From positions 4,761 to 68,760 of the IMG/VR virus record IMGVR_UViG_3300032894_000334: DNA of 64,000 bases; one strand, 5' to 3'. Position numbers and translations under genes: made by a program. Positions 1-8,871 of this stretch are shown here, in pieces (the stretch's first letter is position 1; each line of letters opens with the position of its first letter). The notes beneath the pieces were generated by a model. That model made no database searches. It had not been told where the DNA came from and saw only the letters and a program-made list of their open reading frames with translations. The DNA comes from a virus. Its lineage: Duplodnaviria > Caudoviricetes.

Positions 1-489
1 GAGGCGGCCGTAATATCCATGGGGTTCCTCTTGCCAATCGTTTGGGAAGAAGTAATGCTCTCTGATATACCTCCCCTGTCTGGCGTCCCCACCCTGGAAC
101 ACTACGAAAATCTTCTTGCCGGCCAACCGCAGGATCAGGACGTCCCACATCTGGGGGAGGATGGAATAAAGGGTGTAAAGAAGTCGTCTTCCAGGTCCGA
201 ACGATGAAGTCATACCCAGGCCGACAAAGACCGGATTGGGAGCGAGCGAACTTCCATAGTTGTAGAAGATCACATCGTATTTGAAGGCGCGAAGGAAAAC
301 ACCAAACCGTTTGAACTCCACCTTGAGCAGCTCTTTAACCCCTCGGCCACCAAGTACCTCGTCGGCTTTGTAACCAATGTAGGATTGAGCAAATACGATG
401 CTCCAGGAGTCGTGCCCATTGGCTCGCTCTGTTCTTGCCAGGAGAGGGCCATGATTACCGCAATCAGTAGGAACGTGAAGTATCCTCAT
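1..489 (-). CDS. GT-B (GT4-like) glycosyltransferase, N-terminal part; runs off the left edge
   Basis: Absent from the ORF track and translated by hand: open frame from ATG 489 to base 1 (163 codons), MRILHVPTDCGNHGPLLARTERANGHDSW...YDVIFYNYGSS...DVLILRLAGKKIFVVFQGGDAR, typical of a GT4 N-terminal domain. ATGA overlap with the upstream MTase stop. Confidence 0.7.
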   Translation of the reverse strand, partial: MRILHVPTDCGNHGPLLARTERANGHDSWSIVFAQSYIGYKADEVLGGRGVKELLKVEFKRFGVFLRAFKYDVIFYNYGSSLAPNPVFVGLGMTSSFGPGRRLLYTLYSILPQMWDVLILRLAGKKIFVVFQGGDARQGRYIREHYFFPNDWQEEPHGYYGRL

Positions 490-1211
490 CTTTTGCCCTT
501 TATCCACAAATTCGAAGCAGGAGTCTGTACCCAGGAATCAAACCCTTCCTCCTCGAACCACCTGAAGATTTGCTTTTTTGTGAATCCGTAGTTGTACCGG
601 GGGTTGAGCGCGTCCCACCAGCCATGAAGGTTTTTTTTCGTCTTTGCTGGCAGGCAGAACGGGGTGGGGATGCCATGAAACCACCGGACGGAACTGAGTT
701 TCTTTGCGAATACCAGCTTGCTATCTGCGCTCAATCTTCTGAATATCCATCGGAACGGGTAATATTTCCATTGGGTTTTCCGGTTGTAAACCATCACGAA
801 CAAGTACCCGCCAGGATAGACCATGGTAGCCAGGTTGTGAAAGGTTCCCCGCGGATTCCGAGTGTGGTGGATCATCCCGAAGGAAAACACCAGGTCGAAG
901 CCGATCTGATGGCAACTTCCGGACCAGTACAGGGCTTCAAATGACAGGTCCATCTGATAGGTCAACCTAGGGTTTAAGGTTCTAGTCTTGGCGACGGCTT
1001 CTGGGCTGATATCGGCGGACGTTACCTTTGCCCCGAGCTGCTGTAATGCCCAGGTGTATCGTCCGGTCCCGCACCCGGCATCCAGCACGGTCTTTCCTGG
1101 AAACCAGGAGATAGGAAGCCTCGTCATGTTCAAGACCTCTGTTACCCGGTCCTCAGTCAAATGCAGAAGATCGCTGGGCAGCTTATCCCATTGAAAATCA
1201 AACTCGCTCAA
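486..1211 (-). CDS. Class I SAM-dependent methyltransferase
   Basis: Motif I VLDAGCGTGRY, acidic SADIS, FDLVFSFGMIHH. Confidence 0.9.
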   Translation of the reverse strand: MSEFDFQWDKLPSDLLHLTEDRVTEVLNMTRLPISWFPGKTVLDAGCGTGRYTWALQQLGAKVTSADISPEAVAKTRTLNPRLTYQMDLSFEALYWSGSCHQIGFDLVFSFGMIHHTRNPRGTFHNLATMVYPGGYLFVMVYNRKTQWKYYPFRWIFRRLSADSKLVFAKKLSSVRWFHGIPTPFCLPAKTKKNLHGWWDALNPRYNYGFTKKQIFRWFEEEGFDSWVQTPASNLWIKGKR

Positions 1212-2014
1212 GATGCCTCCTTTCCTTCATGGGCCTTAACCCAGGCGTTACAGGTGAGCACCATAAGCCGCTGTCGGACCTCATCGAACAACGTAAATCC
1301 TGGAGTAAAATTCATTCCCCAACTTTTCGCCATCATGGCGTAAAAAGGGTTACTTGGTGGCTGAGAGGGAGTATTTAGTATCCAACCAGGAAGTAACCCC
1401 TGGTACAGTTCCCTCTGAAGTCGTTTGTCTGGAGGTTCAAACAGCTCCTGTAAGCGCGGAAGTCCAGGAGCTTTCGGAGCTGCCAAGCGCAGGTAAGGCG
1501 CAATGACCTCGACGCCTTGGTCATGACCGCAGACTTGCCACGCTGGATCCACATAGCATAGTTGACCGGCCCACCCTTCCAGGTAGCCTCGGTCTGGGTA
1601 GCCGAAGATCTCGTCAGATCCCTCACCGGTGAATAGCTGTGACCCAAGTTCTCTGGCCTTCCGTGTCAGAAAGATCGGCCAAATGTTGTACCTGGGCTCA
1701 CGAAATTTATGTTGGAGCCTTTCCATTTCCGCAAGAAAGAACTCGGTTTCGACCACAATGATATGTTGAGCTACACGAAAGTGATCGGCGATTCTTTTTG
1801 AGTGTTCCAGGGTTGGATTATCCTCGGGATCCCCAAAACAAAGAGTAATCGCTTTTGTCGGGCCGCGGCCTTGGTTCCGAGTCAAATGGAAAAGCATTGA
1901 CGCGCTATCCAAGCCGCCAGACAGAGCAACAGCAGTCTCCGAGTTCATATAGGAAGATACAAGATCATCTATCTTTCTCACTAATGGCCATAACGTCATC
2001 ATTCTTTCCTCCAT
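1208..2014 (-). CDS. Asparagine synthetase-like PP-loop adenylating/amidating domain, without glutaminase domain
   Basis: VALSGGLDS PP-loop, FTGEGSDEIFGY (AsnB GEGADELFGGY-like), LLPGWILNTP. True start probably 2002 (ATGA overlap with the helicase stop). Confidence 0.75.
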   Translation of the reverse strand: MEERMMTLWPLVRKIDDLVSSYMNSETAVALSGGLDSASMLFHLTRNQGRGPTKAITLCFGDPEDNPTLEHSKRIADHFRVAQHIIVVETEFFLAEMERLQHKFREPRYNIWPIFLTRKARELGSQLFTGEGSDEIFGYPDRGYLEGWAGQLCYVDPAWQVCGHDQGVEVIAPYLRLAAPKAPGLPRLQELFEPPDKRLQRELYQGLLPGWILNTPSQPPSNPFYAMMAKSWGMNFTPGFTLFDEVRQRLMVLTCNAWVKAHEGKEAS

Positions 2015-3321
2015 CCTTCCTCGTCAGGTATCAGATTGCACCCCCCGACAGTTTTGAATTTTATGCTAAGCCCGTTCGGGTTGTAGTCCGTCACTTGCCA
2101 ATTCTTTGCCTTGCGCACCCTTAAGATTGATCCTGGGCGTTCGGGATCAACGGTCAGGTAAAGCCTGGGCTTTTCCATCCCGAAACTCCCACCTCTGCCA
2201 AGTTCGTTTTTCCGGTCTTTCTGAATTGCAACAAAGGCCACCCCCTTGTCCAGTTTTTTGTAAATAAGAGCCAGCTTTCCAGCGATCTGGTAGAAGTTGT
2301 CTGACATTTCAAGGTAATCAATGATGTTCAGAGAATTCGGCTTGATCACATCATGGAAGTTGTCTACCCGTTCGCGTGCGTTGAGCTGATTCCAGGTCTC
2401 TATCGGGATTGCTGATCCGTCAGGGTTTCGGAAATTTTGCACCCTGGATCTGAATTCGTCGCTCCCCATCTCTGAGCTGAAATACCACACGTTCCATTTT
2501 GGGAGATTTCTTCGGGCAACATTGAGGAGGAGGGCTGTTTTACCGGCGTCCTGGGATCCGGCGATTGCTATGATATTTTTTGGAAGGGTATACACGTATC
2601 GTTCAAGGCCGAAGGGTAGGTGCACGACTAGCCGCTGGCTCTCGCCCTCAATGGCAATCGGAGCACACTCATCAATGATTGGCCGGTATAGACCCGACTT
2701 CTCTCCGGTGCGCTCGATCACCTTTTCAATGGCCATCCGCGCCAAGGTCATAAGAACGTTCTTTTTCTGTCTGATTTTATTTACCCCCAAGAACCTGTAA
2801 AGGTCGCTTACATGAAAAGTTCCGTCCTGGGCCTTTACCCAATCGCGCACCTGCTTCGCCAGGAAAGTCTCCCTAGCTGCAATAGACAGGTAGGCCTCAG
2901 TAAAGGCGTTCCAGTCTCCAACAAACTCCTCTAGGTTGCGCTCGTATATCTCCTTTGAACCTTTGACGATGAAATTCTGAATCGTCATCCTCAGTTTTGC
3001 GTCTTTTATTCTTTGGGCGTATGTCCTGTATCCGGCGCTAGTTGGAGATAGGCCAACCAGCTCCATCAGATCCTGCTTGATGGAGTCCTGTGACCCAAGC
3101 TTCTCTACTAGGTTTTTTTCCTGGATCCTGCCGTAGACAGAGACAAGGTCAACCTCATACCCCTCAAAAAATAGATCAACCATCGTTTCGAAGAATAGTC
3201 GGTTCTCAAAAAAGAAAAAATCCTCTACGGTCAGCTTGAAATCATCTTTCAGTACACCAGGATTGATAAGAACACAGGAGAGAAGCATTCTTTCAGCTTC
3301 GTAATCCCCTGTGATTGTCAT
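1999..3321 (-). CDS. DnaB-like replicative helicase (DnaB N-terminal domain plus RecA-fold ATPase)
   Basis: N-terminus EAERMLLSCVLINP...EDFFFFENRLFFETM...VDLVSV; Walker A AGSQDAGKT; FSSEMG; Walker B IIDYL; VAIQK. Confidence 0.8.
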   Translation of the reverse strand: MTITGDYEAERMLLSCVLINPGVLKDDFKLTVEDFFFFENRLFFETMVDLFFEGYEVDLVSVYGRIQEKNLVEKLGSQDSIKQDLMELVGLSPTSAGYRTYAQRIKDAKLRMTIQNFIVKGSKEIYERNLEEFVGDWNAFTEAYLSIAARETFLAKQVRDWVKAQDGTFHVSDLYRFLGVNKIRQKKNVLMTLARMAIEKVIERTGEKSGLYRPIIDECAPIAIEGESQRLVVHLPFGLERYVYTLPKNIIAIAGSQDAGKTALLLNVARRNLPKWNVWYFSSEMGSDEFRSRVQNFRNPDGSAIPIETWNQLNARERVDNFHDVIKPNSLNIIDYLEMSDNFYQIAGKLALIYKKLDKGVAFVAIQKDRKNELGRGGSFGMEKPRLYLTVDPERPGSILRVRKAKNWQVTDYNPNGLSIKFKTVGGCNLIPDEEGWRKE

Positions 3322-3731
3322 TCTAGGCCGAGCTGTTTTCTCAGGTTAGTCATAATCGTTTGCAGATCATCCCGCGGAACGTTGCGGAGTCCGCGCACGA
3401 GCGTTTCTTCCATGGCTGTGTGAGGTTTTCCCTGCTTCGCAAGCTTCATCATCATCTTAGCCGCCTTTTGTGCCAGGATCAGTTTTGCTTCCAAATCTTC
3501 CACCACCATTTCGACCAAGTCTATGCCCAGCAGCCGGAGGCACCGCACGATAATGTCTCCAGGGGGCATGTATTCGCCTGTCTCGTACCGGGAAAGCACC
3601 GAGCGATCAATCCCCAGCTTTGAGGACATTTCGACCTGAGTCATGTCCTGGTTCTTCCTGACAAGCCGGACCAACTTCGCTGGTGTTTCCCGGTACACCT
3701 TTAGCAACGCGTTCCCGCGGTATTGCAACAT
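3318..3731 (-). CDS. XRE-family HTH transcriptional regulator
   Basis: VRKNQDMTQVEMSSKLGIDRSVLSRYETG. Confidence 0.85.
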   Translation of the reverse strand: MLQYRGNALLKVYRETPAKLVRLVRKNQDMTQVEMSSKLGIDRSVLSRYETGEYMPPGDIIVRCLRLLGIDLVEMVVEDLEAKLILAQKAAKMMMKLAKQGKPHTAMEETLVRGLRNVPRDDLQTIMTNLRKQLGLE

Positions 3732-3740
3732 TCTCGCTCC

Positions 3741-4961
3741 TTACGCTTTCCATTTCTTGTAACTGGCGAACTCCTGACAAGGCGCAGAGCAAGCCTCGCA
3801 GATGGCCGGAGACATTGCCTTCCCGCCCCTAGGTTTGCAAGTCACCGCATCCTCTCCGGCTGCATTCTTGGTCGCCCATTCCTTTTTCTTCTTCTCCTTC
3901 TTCTCTGGTTCCGTGGTTGTGATCAAGCCGATCTGGGCCGTGACCTCACCTTCAAAGGTTTGTTGAGACTTCAGCCACGAGTTATATGCAGCCCAAAACT
4001 TCGCGTTCTCCTCAGGGCTTAGAGTGGCCTCCTCCTTCACCTTGTCGATGGTGTACCCTGCGTTTTCTGCAACGCATACTTTCAGAAATTCGTCCAGCTT
4101 GTTCAAGTCAGCATCGTCAGGTATGGTTTCCTGGAAAGAGACCTTTTTTGCATCGCTACTCCTCTGCCCACCCGAGCCTGTCCCCCCAGAGTCATCCGTA
4201 ACGTCTATGACAGCCCCATCAAGAAGATCACTCACCAGGTCGGATGGAAGGAACGTTTCTGCACCAGGAATACCCAGCTCGCGCTCCTCGTCCATCTTGG
4301 CAGCTCTGGACAAATCCTCGATGGACAATCGAGCTCGCTTGCTATGTCTCCGAATCACGGTTTTTTTATACATCTCGTCAGTGTGTTCTTTCCAGGGCTT
4401 CCCATCAGGGTAAGCACTCATTTTGCGGATCTTCTCCAGATCTTTTCGCCACATCCATTCAAAGTCAATCGGCCCATCCTTGTATTGGATGATGCTGTAA
4501 GCCGCGACCACGTCACCCTCATCGGTTGCGGAGGTTGGCTCGTGCTCAAGGAGTGGATGGAGTCCCTCTGAGTATTTGTACTTGTCGTTTGAGTGGACGC
4601 ACACAGCTTTCCAGCTCACGACTTCTCCGGTACGGTAAGCAAGCTGCATGAGGCCACGATAACCAGGAATGAATTTTGCGGTTTTCTTAAACGGGATGAT
4701 CCACCCTTGTCCGAGCAAGCCGTCCGGCTCCAGGCCCAAAGCGGCCGCTTCCAGAACAGCCAGAACAAAGCTGGCCGGCGTGCAGCTCCGAAGGGCCGGT
4801 TCCCGTTGCCATGCGTTAAGAACGACCCTGGTGAGGCGTTCCGGTTTGATATGTTGTGGAAGCAATTTGGCAATCCGATCCTGCACGGAAGGCCTCTTAA
4901 GAAGCGCATCCACATCTTGAAATGTGGTCAAACTAAGTTCCCTTGTAGCTGCTGCCGCCAT
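3741..4961 (-). CDS. recT: RecT-family ssDNA annealing protein with long C-terminal extension
   Basis: LLPQHIKPERLTRV, SFVLAVLEAAALGLEPDGLLGQGWIIPF, IPGYRGLMQLAYRTG, EMYKKTVIRR. Start moved to ATG 4961 (SD AAGGAGG). Confidence 0.92.
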   Translation of the reverse strand: MAAAATRELSLTTFQDVDALLKRPSVQDRIAKLLPQHIKPERLTRVVLNAWQREPALRSCTPASFVLAVLEAAALGLEPDGLLGQGWIIPFKKTAKFIPGYRGLMQLAYRTGEVVSWKAVCVHSNDKYKYSEGLHPLLEHEPTSATDEGDVVAAYSIIQYKDGPIDFEWMWRKDLEKIRKMSAYPDGKPWKEHTDEMYKKTVIRRHSKRARLSIEDLSRAAKMDEERELGIPGAETFLPSDLVSDLLDGAVIDVTDDSGGTGSGGQRSSDAKKVSFQETIPDDADLNKLDEFLKVCVAENAGYTIDKVKEEATLSPEENAKFWAAYNSWLKSQQTFEGEVTAQIGLITTTEPEKKEKKKKEWATKNAAGEDAVTCKPRGGKAMSPAICEACSAPCQEFASYKKWKA

Positions 4962-4974
4962 GTCTATTTCCTCC

Positions 4975-5376
4975 TTACTGTTGGAATACTGAACCGTCGA
5001 ATGGTAAATCTCCAGGGGCAAGGATCTTGTCCCTTTTCGGAGTTCTCACCTCTCGCCAGTACTGTTTGCATAGGTTTCCATCGGGGTGAAGGGTGCGTAT
5101 TTCCATCGGTCTGTCGATTGGGGCAAAGAAATCCACATATTCTCGATAGTGGTAGTACGGACCACCGAGCGTTGAGATTGACCAGCCTTTCTGACCTTTC
5201 TCCATAGTCTCGATCATGATTACCGGGTTGATTATTCTGATCCAACCTAGGCCAAGCGGGTGCGGGTTGAGGTCAATCGATCCGAGAAAGTTCGTCATGC
5301 CAGGTATGGCAACGTGAACGATCTCATCCTTGAAAAACTCACCAAGTATCGGGAATTGATCTTCCAGTTCTTTCAT
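4975..5376 (-). CDS. Hypothetical protein
   Basis: 133 aa ORF in the operon, SD GGAGG upstream. Confidence 0.65.
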   Translation of the reverse strand: MKELEDQFPILGEFFKDEIVHVAIPGMTNFLGSIDLNPHPLGLGWIRIINPVIMIETMEKGQKGWSISTLGGPYYHYREYVDFFAPIDRPMEIRTLHPDGNLCKQYWREVRTPKRDKILAPGDLPFDGSVFQQ

Positions 5377-5557
5377 GGGCCTCCTCTATGAGTTTAACGT
5401 CTCTTGCAAATTCCAATAGTCCTTGATTTAAGGACTGATCCAGAACCTCAAATTGAAGGTTCCTGAGAAAAGCCGTGGAGGTTTTCCGTCCCCTCCACTT
5501 CAGGCTTCTCTCTTGCTTCAGGGCCACTGCTAAAATCAGCCATGATGGAATTTTCAT
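5339..5557 (-). CDS. Hypothetical protein
   Basis: 72 aa ORF, ATGA-coupled to the upstream ORF. Confidence 0.5.
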   Translation of the reverse strand: MKIPSWLILAVALKQERSLKWRGRKTSTAFLRNLQFEVLDQSLNQGLLEFARDVKLIEEAHERTGRSIPDTW

Positions 5558-5709
5558 TTAGCCTCTGAGCCGGTTTCGGCTTCGGCCTGCTCGGCATTGA
5601 GAATGTCGATCAGCCTCTTGGCCAACGTGTAACGCTGTGATTCGGTCGCGCACATGATCAAGGTTCTAAGCTGCTCCTCTATCGACGGTTTCTTTTTTGC
5701 TCTCGGCAT
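5554..5709 (-). CDS. Small hypothetical protein
   Basis: MPRAKKKPSIEEQ...; start at ATG 5709 after SD AGGAGG. Confidence 0.6.
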   Translation of the reverse strand: MPRAKKKPSIEEQLRTLIMCATESQRYTLAKRLIDILNAEQAEAETGSEAK

Positions 5710-5923
5710 TTTGACCTCCTTTCTCCTCCCACAGACAGCCAGCCCACAACCCATGCCCTTTTGCGTTCATGGTTCCAGCTTCCAGGCGGGAAAAAATTAT
5801 TGAGTTCATCGGGTCCATCCTTATACATTCAAAACCATCAGCTCCAACGACCAGGAAAGCACAACATTCTTCCCCCTGGCCGAGTCTGCAAGTGGGTCTG
5901 GGTTCATTGACTTTGACTATCAT
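5666..5923 (-). CDS. Cys-rich hypothetical protein
   Basis: 85 aa, CRLGQGEECCAFL...C...C; 2 nt after the upstream stop. Confidence 0.6.
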   Translation of the reverse strand: MIVKVNEPRPTCRLGQGEECCAFLVVGADGFECIRMDPMNSIIFSRLEAGTMNAKGHGLWAGCLWEEKGGQNAESKKETVDRGAA

Positions 5924-5925
5924 TA

Positions 5926-6603
5926 TTAGCCTCTCGTTGCGGTGTCAGTCGTTTCGAATATTCTTACGCCATTCATGGCCCTCATTCCCGCCTTCACTGC
6001 ATCAGCAATTTTCCTCGGACTCGGGTCACAAAATTCTCTTGGGACAGCATCAGGGTCGCTAATTTCATAGGTCCATCGAGTTTTGAATGTCACAGACTCT
6101 CCCGTTGACGTGCGGATTGTTTTCTCAGGAGGAGGCAAGGGAACCGTGGTTAACTGCGGCGCAGGAACTCCGCTATCGGTCGCTTGTTTGTCCAGCTCTT
6201 GTTGTAAGGCCTTGTTGGCGTCCGCGATTTTAGCTTGTTGTTTCTGGTGTTCGATATCCAGAAACTTGCGATAGGAAACCATCTTGTTGGAGACCATGTA
6301 CCGGACACTTTCAATACTCTCCGTGTAGGTTTTGAGCACACCTTTAGCGGTCTTACAGAAAGCTTCCGGTTTTTCGATGATCTTGGCGACTTTGATCTTA
6401 ACCGCTTTGATCAGATTTTTCGCATCAGCATCGAGCTGAATAGCCGTCTCCATTTTCTTCGGACTGTCGATCTGCAGGGCTTCTGCGTACTCGCGCAGTT
6501 CTTTGATTTTCTCCAAACTGTCCTTGAAAGAATCTTGGATTACCACGGCTGTGGCCAAGCTGTTCGGAACCATGATCTTCTCTTGTTCACCGGGCAATTT
6601 CAT
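5926..6603 (-). CDS. Coiled-coil phage protein, Gp157/Gam-like, commonly linked to recombination genes
   Basis: Long helical body; C-terminal WTYEISDPDAVPREFCDPSPRKIADAVKAG..GV.IFE motif. Confidence 0.55.
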   Translation of the reverse strand: MKLPGEQEKIMVPNSLATAVVIQDSFKDSLEKIKELREYAEALQIDSPKKMETAIQLDADAKNLIKAVKIKVAKIIEKPEAFCKTAKGVLKTYTESIESVRYMVSNKMVSYRKFLDIEHQKQQAKIADANKALQQELDKQATDSGVPAPQLTTVPLPPPEKTIRTSTGESVTFKTRWTYEISDPDAVPREFCDPSPRKIADAVKAGMRAMNGVRIFETTDTATRG

Positions 6604-6617
6604 TGTCTCCTTGCTCC

Positions 6618-7151
6618 TTAGTCATTGAAGTATCTCACTCCTTGGAGGAGCGAGAGAAACGCCGCGAAATCGTTTTGGTGGTACTGATACCAGGTCGCCC
6701 TTGCCATTGAACCATTCGGGTTGAGTTGCAGGCTCCCGCTGCGGAACATAAGGGGATGCCCTGATCGTTGAGCCAAATGAAGATACGCGGCACATTGACC
6801 GGCCCAAATTTTCTTATGTGCTACTGGAGTTTTGAGGTCAATTAGAACATGCTCACGGTTCTTTAGAACCAGCCCCATGTCTGGATGGCCCTTGAAGCCA
6901 TACGTAGCATCAATGAACTCTGGTTCAATAAAGAGAACGCGCTTGACCATCAGCTCGAACCACTGCTCAAAGGATCGATAGTACAGGTAGGTATCAGGAT
7001 CGATCTTCTTGGTTGGAACGTAAATGTTTCTGGCTTTTTTGAAACACAGATCGTGAGCGCGTGTCCCGCGATCACCGGCATAGGCCAGCTTTCGCTCTGG
7101 CACATTCGGGAAATAGCGCCCGAAAACTTCCGTAACTCTAAAAAATTTCAT
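6618..7151 (-). CDS. PD-(D/E)XK exonuclease (RecE/lambda-exo/Cas4-like), likely RecT partner
   Basis: GTRAH, GHPD...IDLKT, QCAAY motifs. Confidence 0.8.
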   Translation of the reverse strand: MKFFRVTEVFGRYFPNVPERKLAYAGDRGTRAHDLCFKKARNIYVPTKKIDPDTYLYYRSFEQWFELMVKRVLFIEPEFIDATYGFKGHPDMGLVLKNREHVLIDLKTPVAHKKIWAGQCAAYLHLAQRSGHPLMFRSGSLQLNPNGSMARATWYQYHQNDFAAFLSLLQGVRYFND

Positions 7152-7239
7152 TGGGGTCCCAGGAGAAAATGCCCTCTTATTTTAGCCACGGGCTTCCCGA
7201 GAGGGCACACGGTTGAAAGCAAAAGGAGTCGTAGGCGAG

Positions 7240-7273
7240 AGTAAAGCAGAAAGGAATTGTGCTTGTCAAGCAC
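7240..7273 (-). promoter_or_regulatory. Sigma70-like promoter for the recombination/replication operon, with an overlapping 15-bp palindrome
   Basis: TTGACA (7269-7264), 18-nt spacer, extended -10 TGnTTTACT (7248-7240). Palindrome GTGCTTG-T-CAAGCAC at 7259-7273 covers the -35. Confidence 0.6.
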
Positions 7274-7278
7274 TTTTT

Positions 7279-7833
7279 TTATAATCTTGTTTTTATTTCT
7301 TCGATCTTGGACTGGATCGTTCTAAGCCTTGCTTCCGCTTGATTTTTTTCCTGTGATAGGACCGCCAACACCGAGCGCATTTCGTCCATGCGCTTGTCGG
7401 TATCCCTCTTGCAATCCGCAACGGCCTCCTCTGCTAGTTGCATTTTCTCCATGGCATCATCGTCGGACTTCTTTATCGCCTTCTCGTTATTCGCTTGAAT
7501 TTCGGCAAGCCTTTTCGCGCCGGCCGCAAGCGCGGCTTGACACTTCATGTTAACATCGCCGCTCGTTTCCGCGACTTGCTTCCCAAGAACGAAAAGACGT
7601 TCATTGAGCTTGGAGATATCCTCATTGATCGTGGCTCGCATTGCTAAAAGCCTGGATATCTCTATTTGTATAGCGGTTTGCTGCGTCCCGAGTTCGCTCA
7701 GATGACCACCTGCCGCAGTAACGATCCGGGCAACGTCAGGGAGCCTTTTGAAAACTTTTTGCACCCTTTCGAATTCCTTCTCAAAGATACGTGCACTTTC
7801 ATGGAGAATTCTCAATTCCTCGGCGTCGAGCAT
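7279..7833 (-). CDS. Coiled-coil hypothetical protein
   Basis: 184 aa, heptad-rich, SD AGGAGG. Confidence 0.7.
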   Translation of the reverse strand: MLDAEELRILHESARIFEKEFERVQKVFKRLPDVARIVTAAGGHLSELGTQQTAIQIEISRLLAMRATINEDISKLNERLFVLGKQVAETSGDVNMKCQAALAAGAKRLAEIQANNEKAIKKSDDDAMEKMQLAEEAVADCKRDTDKRMDEMRSVLAVLSQEKNQAEARLRTIQSKIEEIKTRL

Positions 7834-7850
7834 TGTTTGCCCCTCCTTTC

Positions 7851-8216
7851 TTATGGTTTGGTGACGGTGTGGATCGTCAACCGGATACTCAATGATGTGG
7901 TTCCGTCACCCGCTGTGATCCTGGGCCGGATCATGTACGGGTTTTCAACGATCCTTTCCAGGACCGATGCGCCAATGACTAGATCGTGATCCCACGGATC
8001 CTCTAGGAGATTGTATAAAGGGGATACTCCAGGATCGTTGCTGCCCTCGATGTTCACTGATCCGCCGCCGCCAAATGTCCCGGTCACCTGGACAGATTTC
8101 TCGGCGTAAGTGGCGACTACGAAGGGATAACAAACATCCCCAAGGGCAACCGGACTCCATGTAACGATCTTCATATTCGGGGTGTCTTTCTCTACAACTG
8201 GACTGATGTTCGACAT
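7851..8216 (-). CDS. Small beta-rich phage protein, possibly virion-associated
   Basis: KSVQVTGTFGGGGSVNIEGSND motif; SD GGAGG. Confidence 0.6.
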   Translation of the reverse strand: MSNISPVVEKDTPNMKIVTWSPVALGDVCYPFVVATYAEKSVQVTGTFGGGGSVNIEGSNDPGVSPLYNLLEDPWDHDLVIGASVLERIVENPYMIRPRITAGDGTTSLSIRLTIHTVTKP

Positions 8217-8217
8217 T

Positions 8218-8592
8218 TCATTCGCCTCCTTTTTCGTGAAAAACTGTTGATGGATGCACCTGCATATGGATATGCCAGCCCATGTCTACATTGTGATACT
8301 TGGCGCATTTTTTTTCTGGTCTGGCTGGATCATATTCCCAATGGTTGTTGATATCTTCAACGGCAACCACCGGATCGGCAATGCCTTCAACGCCCCAATC
8401 AAGCGCCCTACCGGGAATTTCAATGTGTATTCCACTGTCACCTTCCCAAACCTTCTGATTTCGATGTGCTGAAGTAAGAGTCGGGTTGTTGTATCTCCAG
8501 GCGAACCATAACGCCATGTCGATCAGTTTTTTGTGGTATGGAACCTCCAGAATGGCTTTGAACACTTTTGGGTCAACGATTTTGATAGCCAC
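8218..8592 (-). CDS. Peptidase M15-like endolysin
   Basis: LTSAHR...SGIH...RALD...HIHMQV matches the M15 TS.YR/S.H..G.A.D/H.H pattern. Confidence 0.7.
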   Translation of the reverse strand: MAIKIVDPKVFKAILEVPYHKKLIDMALWFAWRYNNPTLTSAHRNQKVWEGDSGIHIEIPGRALDWGVEGIADPVVAVEDINNHWEYDPARPEKKCAKYHNVDMGWHIHMQVHPSTVFHEKGGE

Positions 8593-8601
8593 TATTTTCC
8601 C

Positions 8602-8871
8602 CTACTGATGCAGTTTTTGAAGCAGCGTCATGTTAACCAACGTAACGAGAAGGGTAAGGACAATTCCAGCGAGTCCGCAGAGGAGCGCCCAAAAAAATCG
8701 ATCTTGCTTGCGATCAATGTTGCCCACCTTTTCCTGAACGCCTGTCATCTGTGTTTCCATCTTCACGATCCTTTCACACGTTGGCCCATGATCCTTGCAA
8801 GGACCAACGCTAAACTGTGCCATGTTCGTCATTGAACCATTCTCCTCTACAATTAAATCCTCGGTCTTCAC
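8602..8871 (-). CDS. Holin-like (XhlA-type) coiled coil plus single TM helix
   Basis: C-terminal FFWALLCGLAGIVLTLLVTLV; directly upstream of the endolysin. Confidence 0.5.
   Translation of the reverse strand: MKTEDLIVEENGSMTNMAQFSVGPCKDHGPTCERIVKMETQMTGVQEKVGNIDRKQDRFFWALLCGLAGIVLTLLVTLVNMTLLQKLHQ

Noticed and set aside
1208-2014. SGGLDS protein as QueC (7-deazaguanine DNA modification)
   Set aside because: It lacks the QueC C-terminal Zn-binding Cys motif and carries AsnB-type GEGSDE. No FolE, QueD, QueE partner set or DpdA is recognisable in the window.
6618-7151. Cas4-like nuclease as evidence of a CRISPR system
   Set aside because: No Fe-S Cys cluster, no array and no other cas genes. 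The context is a RecT recombination module.
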